A DNA stretch of 64,000 nucleotides from a virus. The stretch is taken from the IMG/VR virus record IMGVR_UViG_3300043478_000082, positions 507 to 64,506 of that record; one strand, 5' to 3'. Both the position numbers and the translations under genes were made by a program. Under the pieces are notes generated by a model. It was not told the origin of the DNA and ran no database searches. It saw only the letters and a program-made list of their open reading frames with translations. Positions within the stretch are counted from its first letter, which is position 1; the number at the start of each line of letters is the position of its first letter. Positions 56,114 to 64,000 of the stretch are shown in pieces.

Positions 56114-56902
56114 ATGGCCGAAATGATCGCAGGAGCACGGTGGTTCCTGGACGTCCCAGCGCCGCCTGTCCTCGGTGGCGGTGTTCTCTCGGTGGCTCGC
56201 GTCATCGACAATCCTCCGACGCACGCCCTGATGGGCTCCGAGTACACCACCGACGCCTGTGCCACCGCGCAGGAGTGGCTCGAAGACTGGTGCGACATGA
56301 CACCGGCTACCCAGAAGGTGTTCGACACCGGCTGGGAGATCGTGCAGGGTGACCCGTTCGTCGTCTACACGGGCCTGTCGTGCATGTTGAGCACGCTCGA
56401 CGATGCCAGGGGCCGTGTCTTGGATCGCTTCGCCTACGCCGAGGGGCGTTCGGTGGACAAGAACATCGCCGCCTGGCTCAGCGCCCACGCCGAGGTCGAC
56501 TTGGGCGGGCCGTTCCAGATCAACGAGGCCATCGGGATCGCCGAGGCGTACGCGGCCACGATCTACGGCGGCGTGCCGACGCTCCTCATCCCTCGTCAGT
56601 TCGTGGCCTGCGCGTGCGGGTACGGCATCCGCTCGAACCTCGACGGGTCGCTCTCGACGTGCCAGGGCGCGCAGGTCGCCAACATCACGGCACCGATCAC
56701 CCTCCCGGTCGCGCCCGACGCCACCGGGACGATGTTCGTGACCGGCCAGATCACGCTGCTGCGAGGCGACCTCGGCTCGTACTCGACGCCACAGCAGGTC
56801 CTCGACGACGGGGACTTCGAGCCGCCGCGTGCGCTGGCCGAGCGCATCTACGTCCCACTCATCGAATGCCTGACCGCCAAGGTCCAGGTGACGTGCTCAT
56901 GA
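56114..56902 (+). CDS. Second capsid-associated protein (possible pentamer-specific capsid protein)
   Basis: 262 aa between the capsid and major tail genes, as in cluster-B-like phages. Assignment is by synteny. Confidence 0.5.
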   Translation: MAEMIAGARWFLDVPAPPVLGGGVLSVARVIDNPPTHALMGSEYTTDACATAQEWLEDWCDMTPATQKVFDTGWEIVQGDPFVVYTGLSCMLSTLDDARGRVLDRFAYAEGRSVDKNIAAWLSAHAEVDLGGPFQINEAIGIAEAYAATIYGGVPTLLIPRQFVACACGYGIRSNLDGSLSTCQGAQVANITAPITLPVAPDATGTMFVTGQITLLRGDLGSYSTPQQVLDDGDFEPPRALAERIYVPLIECLTAKVQVTCS

Positions 56903-56918
56903 ACCAGAGGAGCTAGCG

Positions 56919-57836
56919 ATGGCGAATCCCAAGTCCTTCCCCCTGGTGCGTGGCCGGGTCATGCGCGTGACCAAGGTCGACGGCTGCTGCGCCCCGGTCT
57001 ACGGCCCGGACAACCAGGTCGTCACCGAGGGCTTCGTCAGCGTCGCCCTGACGGCGAACGTCAACGAGCCCGAAGAGATCAGCGTCGTCAACGCCGCGGG
57101 CAAGACCTGCGTGCGTGACCCAGGGTGTCCCGAGTTCCAGGGCTACAGCGCCGAGATCACGTTCTGCGAGGTGTCGCCGTGCCTGTTCTCGCTCGTCACC
57201 GGCCAGCCCAGCGTCACCGACTCGGAGGGCGAGATCATCGGGTTCCGCATGAACACCGGGATCTCGACCTGTGACTCGGGCTTCGCGCTGGAAGTGTGGA
57301 TGGGCGTCCCCGGCGTGGCTTGCTCGGGTGATGCAGGGGCGTTCGGCTACCTGCTCCTGCCCTGCCTCCAGGGCGGCGTGGTCGGCGACTTCACGATCGA
57401 GAACGCGGCGGTCACGTTCACGGTGACCGGTGCGGCCACCAAGGACGGGAACGGCTGGGGCGTCGGTCCGTACGACGTCGTCGAGGCTGCGGGAGGCGGT
57501 GCCGCTGGCCCGCTCCCCGATCCGCTCGATCCGGACGACCACCTCTACGTCATCTTCACGACCGTCGCTCCGCCCGACGAGACGGACGGCTGCGTGGAGC
57601 TCACGCAGGGCGGCACGACCCCGGCCACCGGAGCCACGGCAGGCATCCCAGGCACCTGGACGCCGAGCGGATCAGCGCCTCCGGCCAATGCCGCCGCAGC
57701 CACGTCGGCAGGCGTCACTGCCTCACCCGCCACGCTGTGGACGGTGGGTCAGTACGTCCAGGGCTCGACCGCCGGAACGGGCGGCGAGATGTACTGGGAC
57801 GGCACTGCCTGGACCGCGGGAAAAGCCCCGGCCTGA
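56919..57836 (+). CDS. Major tail (tube) protein
   Basis: GRVMRVTK.D.C, FVSVAL, F.LEVW, GYLLLP, FTIENAAVTF.VTG pattern. Confidence 0.85.
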   Translation: MANPKSFPLVRGRVMRVTKVDGCCAPVYGPDNQVVTEGFVSVALTANVNEPEEISVVNAAGKTCVRDPGCPEFQGYSAEITFCEVSPCLFSLVTGQPSVTDSEGEIIGFRMNTGISTCDSGFALEVWMGVPGVACSGDAGAFGYLLLPCLQGGVVGDFTIENAAVTFTVTGAATKDGNGWGVGPYDVVEAAGGGAAGPLPDPLDPDDHLYVIFTTVAPPDETDGCVELTQGGTTPATGATAGIPGTWTPSGSAPPANAAAATSAGVTASPATLWTVGQYVQGSTAGTGGEMYWDGTAWTAGKAPA

Positions 57837-58480
57837 TCGTCGTTCCGACGGTCACGAACGGCCCTTGGTGTCAGACCTTCGGGCAGCCGATCGTCGACCT
57901 GGAGATCGTCGGGACAGGCTTCAACCCCACCACCAAGGTCTGCATCGCCACGGCTCAGACTGCGACCGAGTGGACCCTGGCCGAGTTCGGCCAGACCACC
58001 TACGTCGACCCCGAGCACGTGCGGCTCAGCGCGTCGCCGAGCGACCCGAACTACCCGGCGGCACCGCCTGGGTCGGGCGCGATCATGACGCTGCTCGTCA
58101 ACAACGGGCCGATGACCTTCAATCCGCAGGAGCCGCCGCTGTACGTCGCGGCGCAGTCCTTGACGCTGGTGGTCGAGCCGTCGTTCACGGCCATCACCAC
58201 CCCGGCTGGGGGCACGATGGCGTGGGCCGACAACGGCACCGTGCAGTGGAGTGGCGCGGATCTGTTCAGCTTCGGGCGTCTCACGGTCATCTGGCCCGAC
58301 GATTCCGAGCACGTCGTGGCGAACCCGAACCAGCCGTCCGGCGACGGCGCGACGCTGACGTTCACCTCGATCCAGACCTTCAAGCCGCCCGCGCCGGGCG
58401 TGGTTCGCTTCCGGTTCGAGAACCAGGCGAACAACTGCTTCGCCGAGGCCGTCAGCGTCCCCTCGCTCACGCTGACCTGA
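57818..58480 (+). CDS. -1 frameshift extension of the major tail protein (IPT/Ig-like domains)
   Basis: G GGA AAA slippery heptamer at 57818-57824; the -1 frame stays open for 218 codons and has no convincing own start. Confidence 0.7.
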   Translation, partial: GKSPGLIVVPTVTNGPWCQTFGQPIVDLEIVGTGFNPTTKVCIATAQTATEWTLAEFGQTTYVDPEHVRLSASPSDPNYPAAPPGSGAIMTLLVNNGPMTFNPQEPPLYVAAQSLTLVVEPSFTAITTPAGGTMAWADNGTVQWSGADLFSFGRLTVIWPDDSEHVVANPNQPSGDGATLTFTSIQTFKPPAPGVVRFRFENQANNCFAEAVSVPSLTLT

Positions 58481-58493
58481 CTGAGGAGGGCCG

Positions 58494-58868
58494 ATGAGCA
58501 GTCCTGGCCGCTACGACCTCCACCTCTACCGCGGTGACACGCGGGCGTGGCGCTTCCGGCTGTGGCAGGACGCCGCCCAGTCTGTGCCCTTCGACCTCAC
58601 CGGCATCGACGTCGCCGCGCAGATTCGCGGTGGCAACTGCAACGTCACGCCGATCAACCTGCTGCTCGTGGTCACGCTGCCCAACATCATCGACGCCGTG
58701 CTGTCGGCCGCCGACGCCGAGCGAGCGCCCGCCAACGGCCGCTGGGACCTGCAACTCACGAATCCGACCGACGTCCCACCGCGCGTCCGCACCGTGCTCG
58801 CCGGGCGCGTTCTCACCACCGATGACGTCACCGACGTCACGGGCGTGGTCGCGCTGGTGACGGCATGA
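58494..58868 (+). CDS. Virion-associated protein (BppU N-terminal-like)
   Basis: [12 protein letters not shown]...RWDLQLT...RTVLAG.V....DVT; RBS GAGGAGG. Confidence 0.6.
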   Translation: MSSPGRYDLHLYRGDTRAWRFRLWQDAAQSVPFDLTGIDVAAQIRGGNCNVTPINLLLVVTLPNIIDAVLSAADAERAPANGRWDLQLTNPTDVPPRVRTVLAGRVLTTDDVTDVTGVVALVTA

Positions 58869-60763
58869 GCATCGACGACGTCATCGACGTCACCATCGAA
58901 GACCCGCTCGACGACATCACCGTCATCGACATCGGTGACCTGTCATCGGGCGCACCGGGTCCGCAGGGACCACCAGGGCCGACTGGTCCGAGCGGCGCGG
59001 CGGGCGCCACCGGACCGACCGGCGCACAAGGTCCGGCAGGTGCTGACGGTTCCCCTGGCCCGCAGGGCATCGCTGGCCCGACCGGACCAAGCGGTCCCGC
59101 AGGCGCCACCGGTCCCGCCGGGCCGACTGGCGCCGCGGGCTCGGGCGTCACGATCGCGGGCACCGACACCTGGACGGCCATCAGCGCGCTGCCGTCACCA
59201 GCGGTTGGTGAGATGTGGATCGCCTCGGCCGACGACCCATCCGGTCCTGGTGGAGTCGAGGCTGGCGACGGGCTGGTGTGGGACGGCTCGCAGTGGACCA
59301 ACGTCGGCCCGATCCGTGGCGAGCCGGGGCCAACCGGTCCGCAGGGTGCGACCGGCCCACAGGGAATCCAGGGCCTCCAGGGCGTCGCAGGCTCGGCTGG
59401 CGCCACCGGAGCGCAGGGCATCCAGGGCGTCACGGGACCAACGGGGCCGACCGGGACCAACGGCACGGACGGAGCGCCCGGAACGCCCGGAGCGAGTGGC
59501 GCGACGGGACCCACCGGCCCACCGGGCGACCCCGGCGCGACGGGAGCTACGGGACCTACCGGCCCGGCATCGACCGTCGCCGGACCGACCGGCCCCACTG
59601 GAGCTACCGGCCCGACCGGAGCGACCGGCGCGCCCTCGACGGTGGCTGGTCCGACCGGTGCCGATGGTCCGCAGGGCATCCAGGGGATCCAGGGCATCCC
59701 CGGCCCTACCGGGGCGACCGGCGCGGCCTCGATCGTTCCAGGTCCAACAGGCGCGACCGGGCCGACCGGGGCAACCGGCGCACCCGGAGCCGATGGCGCG
59801 CCGGGAACCGCAGGAGCAGCCGGGCCAGCAGGACCGACCGGTCCGACTGGCGCAACTGGCGCGACCGGGACAGCTTCAATCGTCCCCGGTCCTACCGGCG
59901 CGACAGGACCAACCGGCGCGACCGGACCAACCGGCGCGGCCTCGACTGTCGCTGGGCCGACCGGCCCTACAGGACCCACTGGCGCCGCCTCGATCGTCCC
60001 TGGCCCCACCGGACCGACCGGAGCCACCGGACCAACCGGAGCCAACGGCACCGGCCTCGTCGACGGCGACAAGGGCGACATCGTCGTGTCGGGCTCGGGC
60101 GCGACGTGGATGTTCGACAGCGCGGTGGTCACCGCCTTCGCCCGCACGCTGCTCGACGACGCCAACCAAGCCGCGATGCAGACCACGCTCGGCCTTGTCC
60201 CAGGCACCAACGTGCAAGCGTTCCACGCCGACCTCAACGACCTCGTGACCCGATGGACCCCGGCCAGTGCCGCCGGACCGGCTGCCCTCAACTTCGCCGA
60301 GGACACCGACAACGGGACCAACATCGTCACCCTGTCGGCACCAGTGGCGGTCGGCAGCGACGTGTTCGCCGTACTCCCGGCGGCCGGTGGCACGTTGGCG
60401 ACGCTGGCCGGGGCCGAGACGCTGACCAACAAGACGCTGACCGATCCGAAGATCACGATCGCGATCAACGCCCAGACCGCCGCCTACACCCTCGTGCTGA
60501 CCGACGCCTCCAAGCTCGTCACCCTCACGAACGCACTGGCGCTCACGCTGTCGGTGCCGACTGACGCCAGCGTGGCGTTCCCGATTGGCACGACGATCGA
60601 CCTCGCCCAGATGGGCGCCGGGAAGGTCACCGTCGCTGCGGTCACGCCGGGTACGACGACGGTTAACGGCACGCCGTCGCTCGGCTTCCGGGCTCAGTAC
60701 AGCGCGGCCACCCTCATCAAGATCGCCGCCAACAACTGGCTCTTGGTGGGCGACCTGGCATGA
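58865..60763 (+). CDS. Long collagen-like fibre protein
   Basis: About 100 Gly-X-Y triplets (GPT/GAT-rich, with AST(V/I)(A/V) interruptions); C-terminal [14 protein letters not shown]...AFPIGT module. Confidence 0.85.
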   Translation: MSIDDVIDVTIEDPLDDITVIDIGDLSSGAPGPQGPPGPTGPSGAAGATGPTGAQGPAGADGSPGPQGIAGPTGPSGPAGATGPAGPTGAAGSGVTIAGTDTWTAISALPSPAVGEMWIASADDPSGPGGVEAGDGLVWDGSQWTNVGPIRGEPGPTGPQGATGPQGIQGLQGVAGSAGATGAQGIQGVTGPTGPTGTNGTDGAPGTPGASGATGPTGPPGDPGATGATGPTGPASTVAGPTGPTGATGPTGATGAPSTVAGPTGADGPQGIQGIQGIPGPTGATGAASIVPGPTGATGPTGATGAPGADGAPGTAGAAGPAGPTGPTGATGATGTASIVPGPTGATGPTGATGPTGAASTVAGPTGPTGPTGAASIVPGPTGPTGATGPTGANGTGLVDGDKGDIVVSGSGATWMFDSAVVTAFARTLLDDANQAAMQTTLGLVPGTNVQAFHADLNDLVTRWTPASAAGPAALNFAEDTDNGTNIVTLSAPVAVGSDVFAVLPAAGGTLATLAGAETLTNKTLTDPKITIAINAQTAAYTLVLTDASKLVTLTNALALTLSVPTDASVAFPIGTTIDLAQMGAGKVTVAAVTPGTTTVNGTPSLGFRAQYSAATLIKIAANNWLLVGDLA

Positions 60764-61902
60764 GGTCGGGCGTCGGCATCTTCGCGTCGGCGCACGTCGT
60801 GCCGGGCGGCAGCACCGTCTACACCGACGACTTCAACCGGGCCAACGGAGCGCTCGCGGCGCCGTGGGTCACGCCCGAGGGCAACCACTCGATCGTCTCC
60901 AACGCCGTCGCGGTCGGCGCATCGAGCCCGAACATCTCGTACTACACCGGCACGTTCGCCAACGACCAGTGGGTCGAGGCCGACATCGCCGGGCTGGTCT
61001 CCGGCCTCACGACGATCTCGGTGTGCGTCCGCTACAGCGGCGGCAACCTCTACTACCTGTGGGTCGACGGCTCGTTCCACACGCAGATCTTCAAGCGCGT
61101 CGGCGGCACGTACACGCAGGTCGGGTCGACGGGTGCGCTCAGTGCGCAGAACGCCAAGGTGGCGCTCGGAGTGCAGGGCACCACCCTGCGGACCTTCGTG
61201 AACGGCGTCGTCGACGTCACCGCCACTGACTCGGCGCTGGCCAGCGGGTCGCCGGGCATCATCAGCGCCAACGGAGCAGGAGCCACCCTCGACAACTGGC
61301 GCGGTGGCAGTGGGGTGTATCCGGGTCCCGTCGTCTTCGCCGACAACTTCAACCGAGCTGACACCACGCAGTCCGGTGGCGGCGTCGGCGGTGTCGGGCT
61401 CGGCGCGAACTGGACCGCCGCCTCGTGGGCGATCCAGTCCAACAAGGCGGCGAAGGTCGGCGGCAGCGGCGACTACGCGGTGGCCCACTTCGACACCGGC
61501 TCCGACGACAACTGGTCCGAAGCCGACACGGTCATCGGCAACAGCGTCTACGCGGTCATGAATGCCCGGCGTCCGAGCGCCACCGACGACTCGGTCAACG
61601 CCACCGGGTACCTCGGCTTCATCCAGCCCGACGGCTCCGCGACCTCGCTCGGCAAGTCGATCAACGGGGCCTATCAGGACATCGGCTCGTGGGGTCCCGG
61701 CCCGGCCGGGTTCGTGCAGGGCGTCAGCGTCCACAAGCTGCGGCTCGAAGTGCAGGGCACGACGATCCGCCTGTACGTGGACAACATCCTGAAGGTCACC
61801 GCCACCGACTCGTCGATCGTCTCCGGTCACTTCTGCGGCTTCAACGCGAACGTCGTGAGCTTCGACAACTTCCGCTGTGGCGCTCTGCCGTGGACGCCCT
61901 GA
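60760..61902 (+). CDS. Fibre tip / lectin-like protein with two tandem beta-sandwich repeats
   Basis: Internal repeat (DDFNRA...W...LxVQGTT(L/I)R.(F/Y)V......TATDS....G) occurs twice. Confidence 0.65.
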   Translation: MRSGVGIFASAHVVPGGSTVYTDDFNRANGALAAPWVTPEGNHSIVSNAVAVGASSPNISYYTGTFANDQWVEADIAGLVSGLTTISVCVRYSGGNLYYLWVDGSFHTQIFKRVGGTYTQVGSTGALSAQNAKVALGVQGTTLRTFVNGVVDVTATDSALASGSPGIISANGAGATLDNWRGGSGVYPGPVVFADNFNRADTTQSGGGVGGVGLGANWTAASWAIQSNKAAKVGGSGDYAVAHFDTGSDDNWSEADTVIGNSVYAVMNARRPSATDDSVNATGYLGFIQPDGSATSLGKSINGAYQDIGSWGPGPAGFVQGVSVHKLRLEVQGTTIRLYVDNILKVTATDSSIVSGHFCGFNANVVSFDNFRCGALPWTP

Positions 61903-61915
61903 AAGGATGTGAGTC

Positions 61916-62719
61916 ATGAGCGACCCCGGTCCCACTCCGGCGGCTCCGTGCATCCCCTGGGAGCTGGACGCCACCTGCTGCTCCTGCGGCGACGAGTGGG
62001 AGAACTACGAGGACGGCGTCAAGGAACGCGCCTCTGCGCTCGCCTGGTCGACGCTGCGTGCGCTGACCGGCGGCCAGGTCGGCAACTGCCCGGTGCTCAT
62101 GCGTCCGTGTCTCGGCCCGCCGTGCTCGGTGTGCAACCCCGATGGCGTCTGGATGCGTCCGTTCATCCGCGACGGCAACTGGTTCAACGCGGTCTGCGGC
62201 ATCGACCCATGCTCGTGCGAACGGCTGTGCGAGATCGTCACCCCCGGTCCGATCGCCGAGGTGCTCTCCGTGGTGCTCGACGGCGAGGACATCCCGCTGG
62301 ACAATTTCAGGGTCGACAACGGGAACCACCTGGTCAGGCAAGACGGCGAGTGCTGGCCGAGCTGCCAGAACATGAACCTCCCGCTTGGCGAGCCGGGCAC
62401 CCTCGGCATCACCTACGTCCCGGGCATCAAGCCCGACGCGGCCGGTCTGTGGGCGGCGGGGACGCTGGCGTGCGAGTACGCCAAGGCGTGCAACGGGAGC
62501 AAGGGGTGCAGACTGCCCTCGGCAGTCACGTCCATCTCACGCCAGGGCGTCAGCTTCAACCTGTCGTCGACGATGTTCCCCGATGGCATGACCGGGATCC
62601 GCGAGGTCGACGCCTACCTCACGGCGCTCAACCCGGCTGGACTGCGGGTGCCGCCGATGGTGTGGAGCCCGGACCTCCAAGCGACGCGCCACCGCTACAC
62701 GACGTGGGTCGGCACGTGA
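61916..62719 (+). CDS. Head-to-tail adaptor
   Basis: A...A...LRALTG, LACEYAKAC....CRLP..VTSISRQGVS, TGIREVD..L...NP motifs. Confidence 0.75.
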   Translation: MSDPGPTPAAPCIPWELDATCCSCGDEWENYEDGVKERASALAWSTLRALTGGQVGNCPVLMRPCLGPPCSVCNPDGVWMRPFIRDGNWFNAVCGIDPCSCERLCEIVTPGPIAEVLSVVLDGEDIPLDNFRVDNGNHLVRQDGECWPSCQNMNLPLGEPGTLGITYVPGIKPDAAGLWAAGTLACEYAKACNGSKGCRLPSAVTSISRQGVSFNLSSTMFPDGMTGIREVDAYLTALNPAGLRVPPMVWSPDLQATRHRYTTWVGT

Positions 62720-63213
62720 CGATCATCGAGCCCATCGCTCCGCCCGCCATCGCCGTCGCGCTGCTGGATCTGACCGAGTGCGTCTGCACTGAGCTCGCCA
62801 CGACGGGAGGAGGTCCGATGTGCTGGTGCGGCTTGTACCCCGGCCTCACGGTGTCGTGGGACTACTGCGGCGAGTGTGACGGCGACAAGTGCGGGATGGC
62901 CTACGTCCGCCTGGCCGGAGTCACGCCCTACGATCTGTTCCCGTTCCCGGTGGTGGACGACCGCTGCGTCAAGCCGCTGGCGTGGGCGATCGAGGTCGGC
63001 GCGCTGCGCTGCTTCCCCACGCCCGGTGACGGCAGCCTGGTCGACCCGAACACGATGGCCGAGGTGGCGATGGTCCAGGCGCTCGACGCGCAGGCTGTGT
63101 GGCGAGCGCTGAAGTGCTGCGGCATCGACCTGGCCGTCGAGGCATGGCGCCCGCTCGGTCCGCTCGGTGGCTGCGTCGGCGGCGCCTGGACTGCGTTCGC
63201 GGCGATCGACTGA
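62716..63213 (+). CDS. Tail completion/terminator-like protein, Cys-rich
   Basis: GTGA overlap; GP.GGCVGG.W motif; synteny. Confidence 0.55.
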   Translation: MTIIEPIAPPAIAVALLDLTECVCTELATTGGGPMCWCGLYPGLTVSWDYCGECDGDKCGMAYVRLAGVTPYDLFPFPVVDDRCVKPLAWAIEVGALRCFPTPGDGSLVDPNTMAEVAMVQALDAQAVWRALKCCGIDLAVEAWRPLGPLGGCVGGAWTAFAAID

Positions 63214-63761
63214 TGGCCTCGGGCGTCAAGGTCACGGTCACCGACCGGGCGATCATCTCAGCGCTCAACACGCCGGGGGGCGACGTCTACCGCTGGCGCG
63301 ACGAGGTGGGTCGCGAGGTCAAGGCCATCGCGGAGGAGATCGCACCGATCAACAACCCGATGAACGCCGAGCACCGCGGCGGTGAGGTCGGCACGTACCA
63401 GGCGTCGTTTGGCTTCGACCGCCGGGGCAGCTCGGGCCACCACGTCGTCGCTCGCGTCACCAACAGCTCCGATCACGCCGACATCGTCGAGTTCGGGCGC
63501 AGCTCCAGCAGCCAGATGCAGATCTTCTCGTGGACGGAGTTCGGCGGAGCGATCGTGCGCGTCGGCGGGCCGGGCAGCATCTCCAAGTTCCTGGAGGGCG
63601 CACGGACGGTCCAACGCCGCCAGGCACTGGAGGCATTCGCCAGCCACCTGCCGGAGAAGATCGGCAAGTCGACCCAAGCCAGGGAGGGCTACCACGTCCT
63701 CTCGCGGGCCCTCGTCGGTGCGATGGGAGCCCAGGGGATCTCAGCACGCGTTGACGCCTGA
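63213..63761 (+). CDS. Neck protein (HK97 gp10-like)
   Basis: A...AP.....G.Y.ASF....V.NSSDHA.IVEFG pattern. Confidence 0.6.
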   Translation: MASGVKVTVTDRAIISALNTPGGDVYRWRDEVGREVKAIAEEIAPINNPMNAEHRGGEVGTYQASFGFDRRGSSGHHVVARVTNSSDHADIVEFGRSSSSQMQIFSWTEFGGAIVRVGGPGSISKFLEGARTVQRRQALEAFASHLPEKIGKSTQAREGYHVLSRALVGAMGAQGISARVDA

Positions 63762-63777
63762 CGTAACGTGCCACGCC

Positions 63778-64000
63778 ATGAGGCAGTTCGGTACAGCGGC
63801 TCGGCGTGGTGTTGCGGCGGTCAACAACCCCGTCGACATCACCTTCCAGTGGGAGAAGTCTGAGAACGACTGGGTCGACATGGTCGCCCACCCCCCGACC
63901 ACCGGGCAGATCGCCCTCTTCCTCAGTCACCAGGGCACCGGAGCAGCGGGCGTGCGAGCCATGTTCGAGCTGTTGCAGGCGGTGATGGAGAGGTCGGACT
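63778..64000 (+). CDS. Probable tail assembly chaperone (3' end outside window)
   Basis: ATG 63778 is open to the window end (MRQFGTAARRG...HPPTTGQIAL); position precedes the tape measure gene. Confidence 0.55.
   Translation, partial: MRQFGTAARRGVAAVNNPVDITFQWEKSENDWVDMVAHPPTTGQIALFLSHQGTGAAGVRAMFELLQAVMERSD

Overview
The window is a near-complete, circularly permuted genome of a high-GC siphovirus, most likely infecting an Actinomycetota host. It starts inside the tape-measure gene and ends in the probable tail-assembly-chaperone gene that normally precedes it. Gene order: tail, fibre and lysis genes (+, 1-14.7 kb); a long, mostly leftward early region of small genes (14.7-45 kb) with a Rad52-like annealase, AAA+ ATPase, RepA/AAA_25-type helicase, SLOG, vWA and several RHH/HTH regulators; a rightward operon at 22.5-27.9 kb that looks like a complete DNA thymine-hypermodification pathway (ParB-like, TET/JBP-type dioxygenase, amino-acid:DNA transferase, GNAT, FAD enzyme, P-loop kinase); then terminase, glycosyltransferase, portal, MuF/protease, capsid, major tail and collagen fibre genes (+, 45.9-64 kb). 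I recognised no integrase, DNA polymerase, thymidylate synthase, cytosine methyltransferase, lysin B or CRISPR array. Notable non-coding signals: 12 copies of a leftward GTATAC-cored promoter motif, 13 copies of an ACAGGAAGG start-associated motif, many apparently leaderless promoters, a series of long bulged intercistronic hairpins, a canonical -1 slippery site at the end of the major tail gene, and an HNH gene that seems to have recoded the 3' end of its host gene. All family assignments are motif recognition by eye, without database searches.
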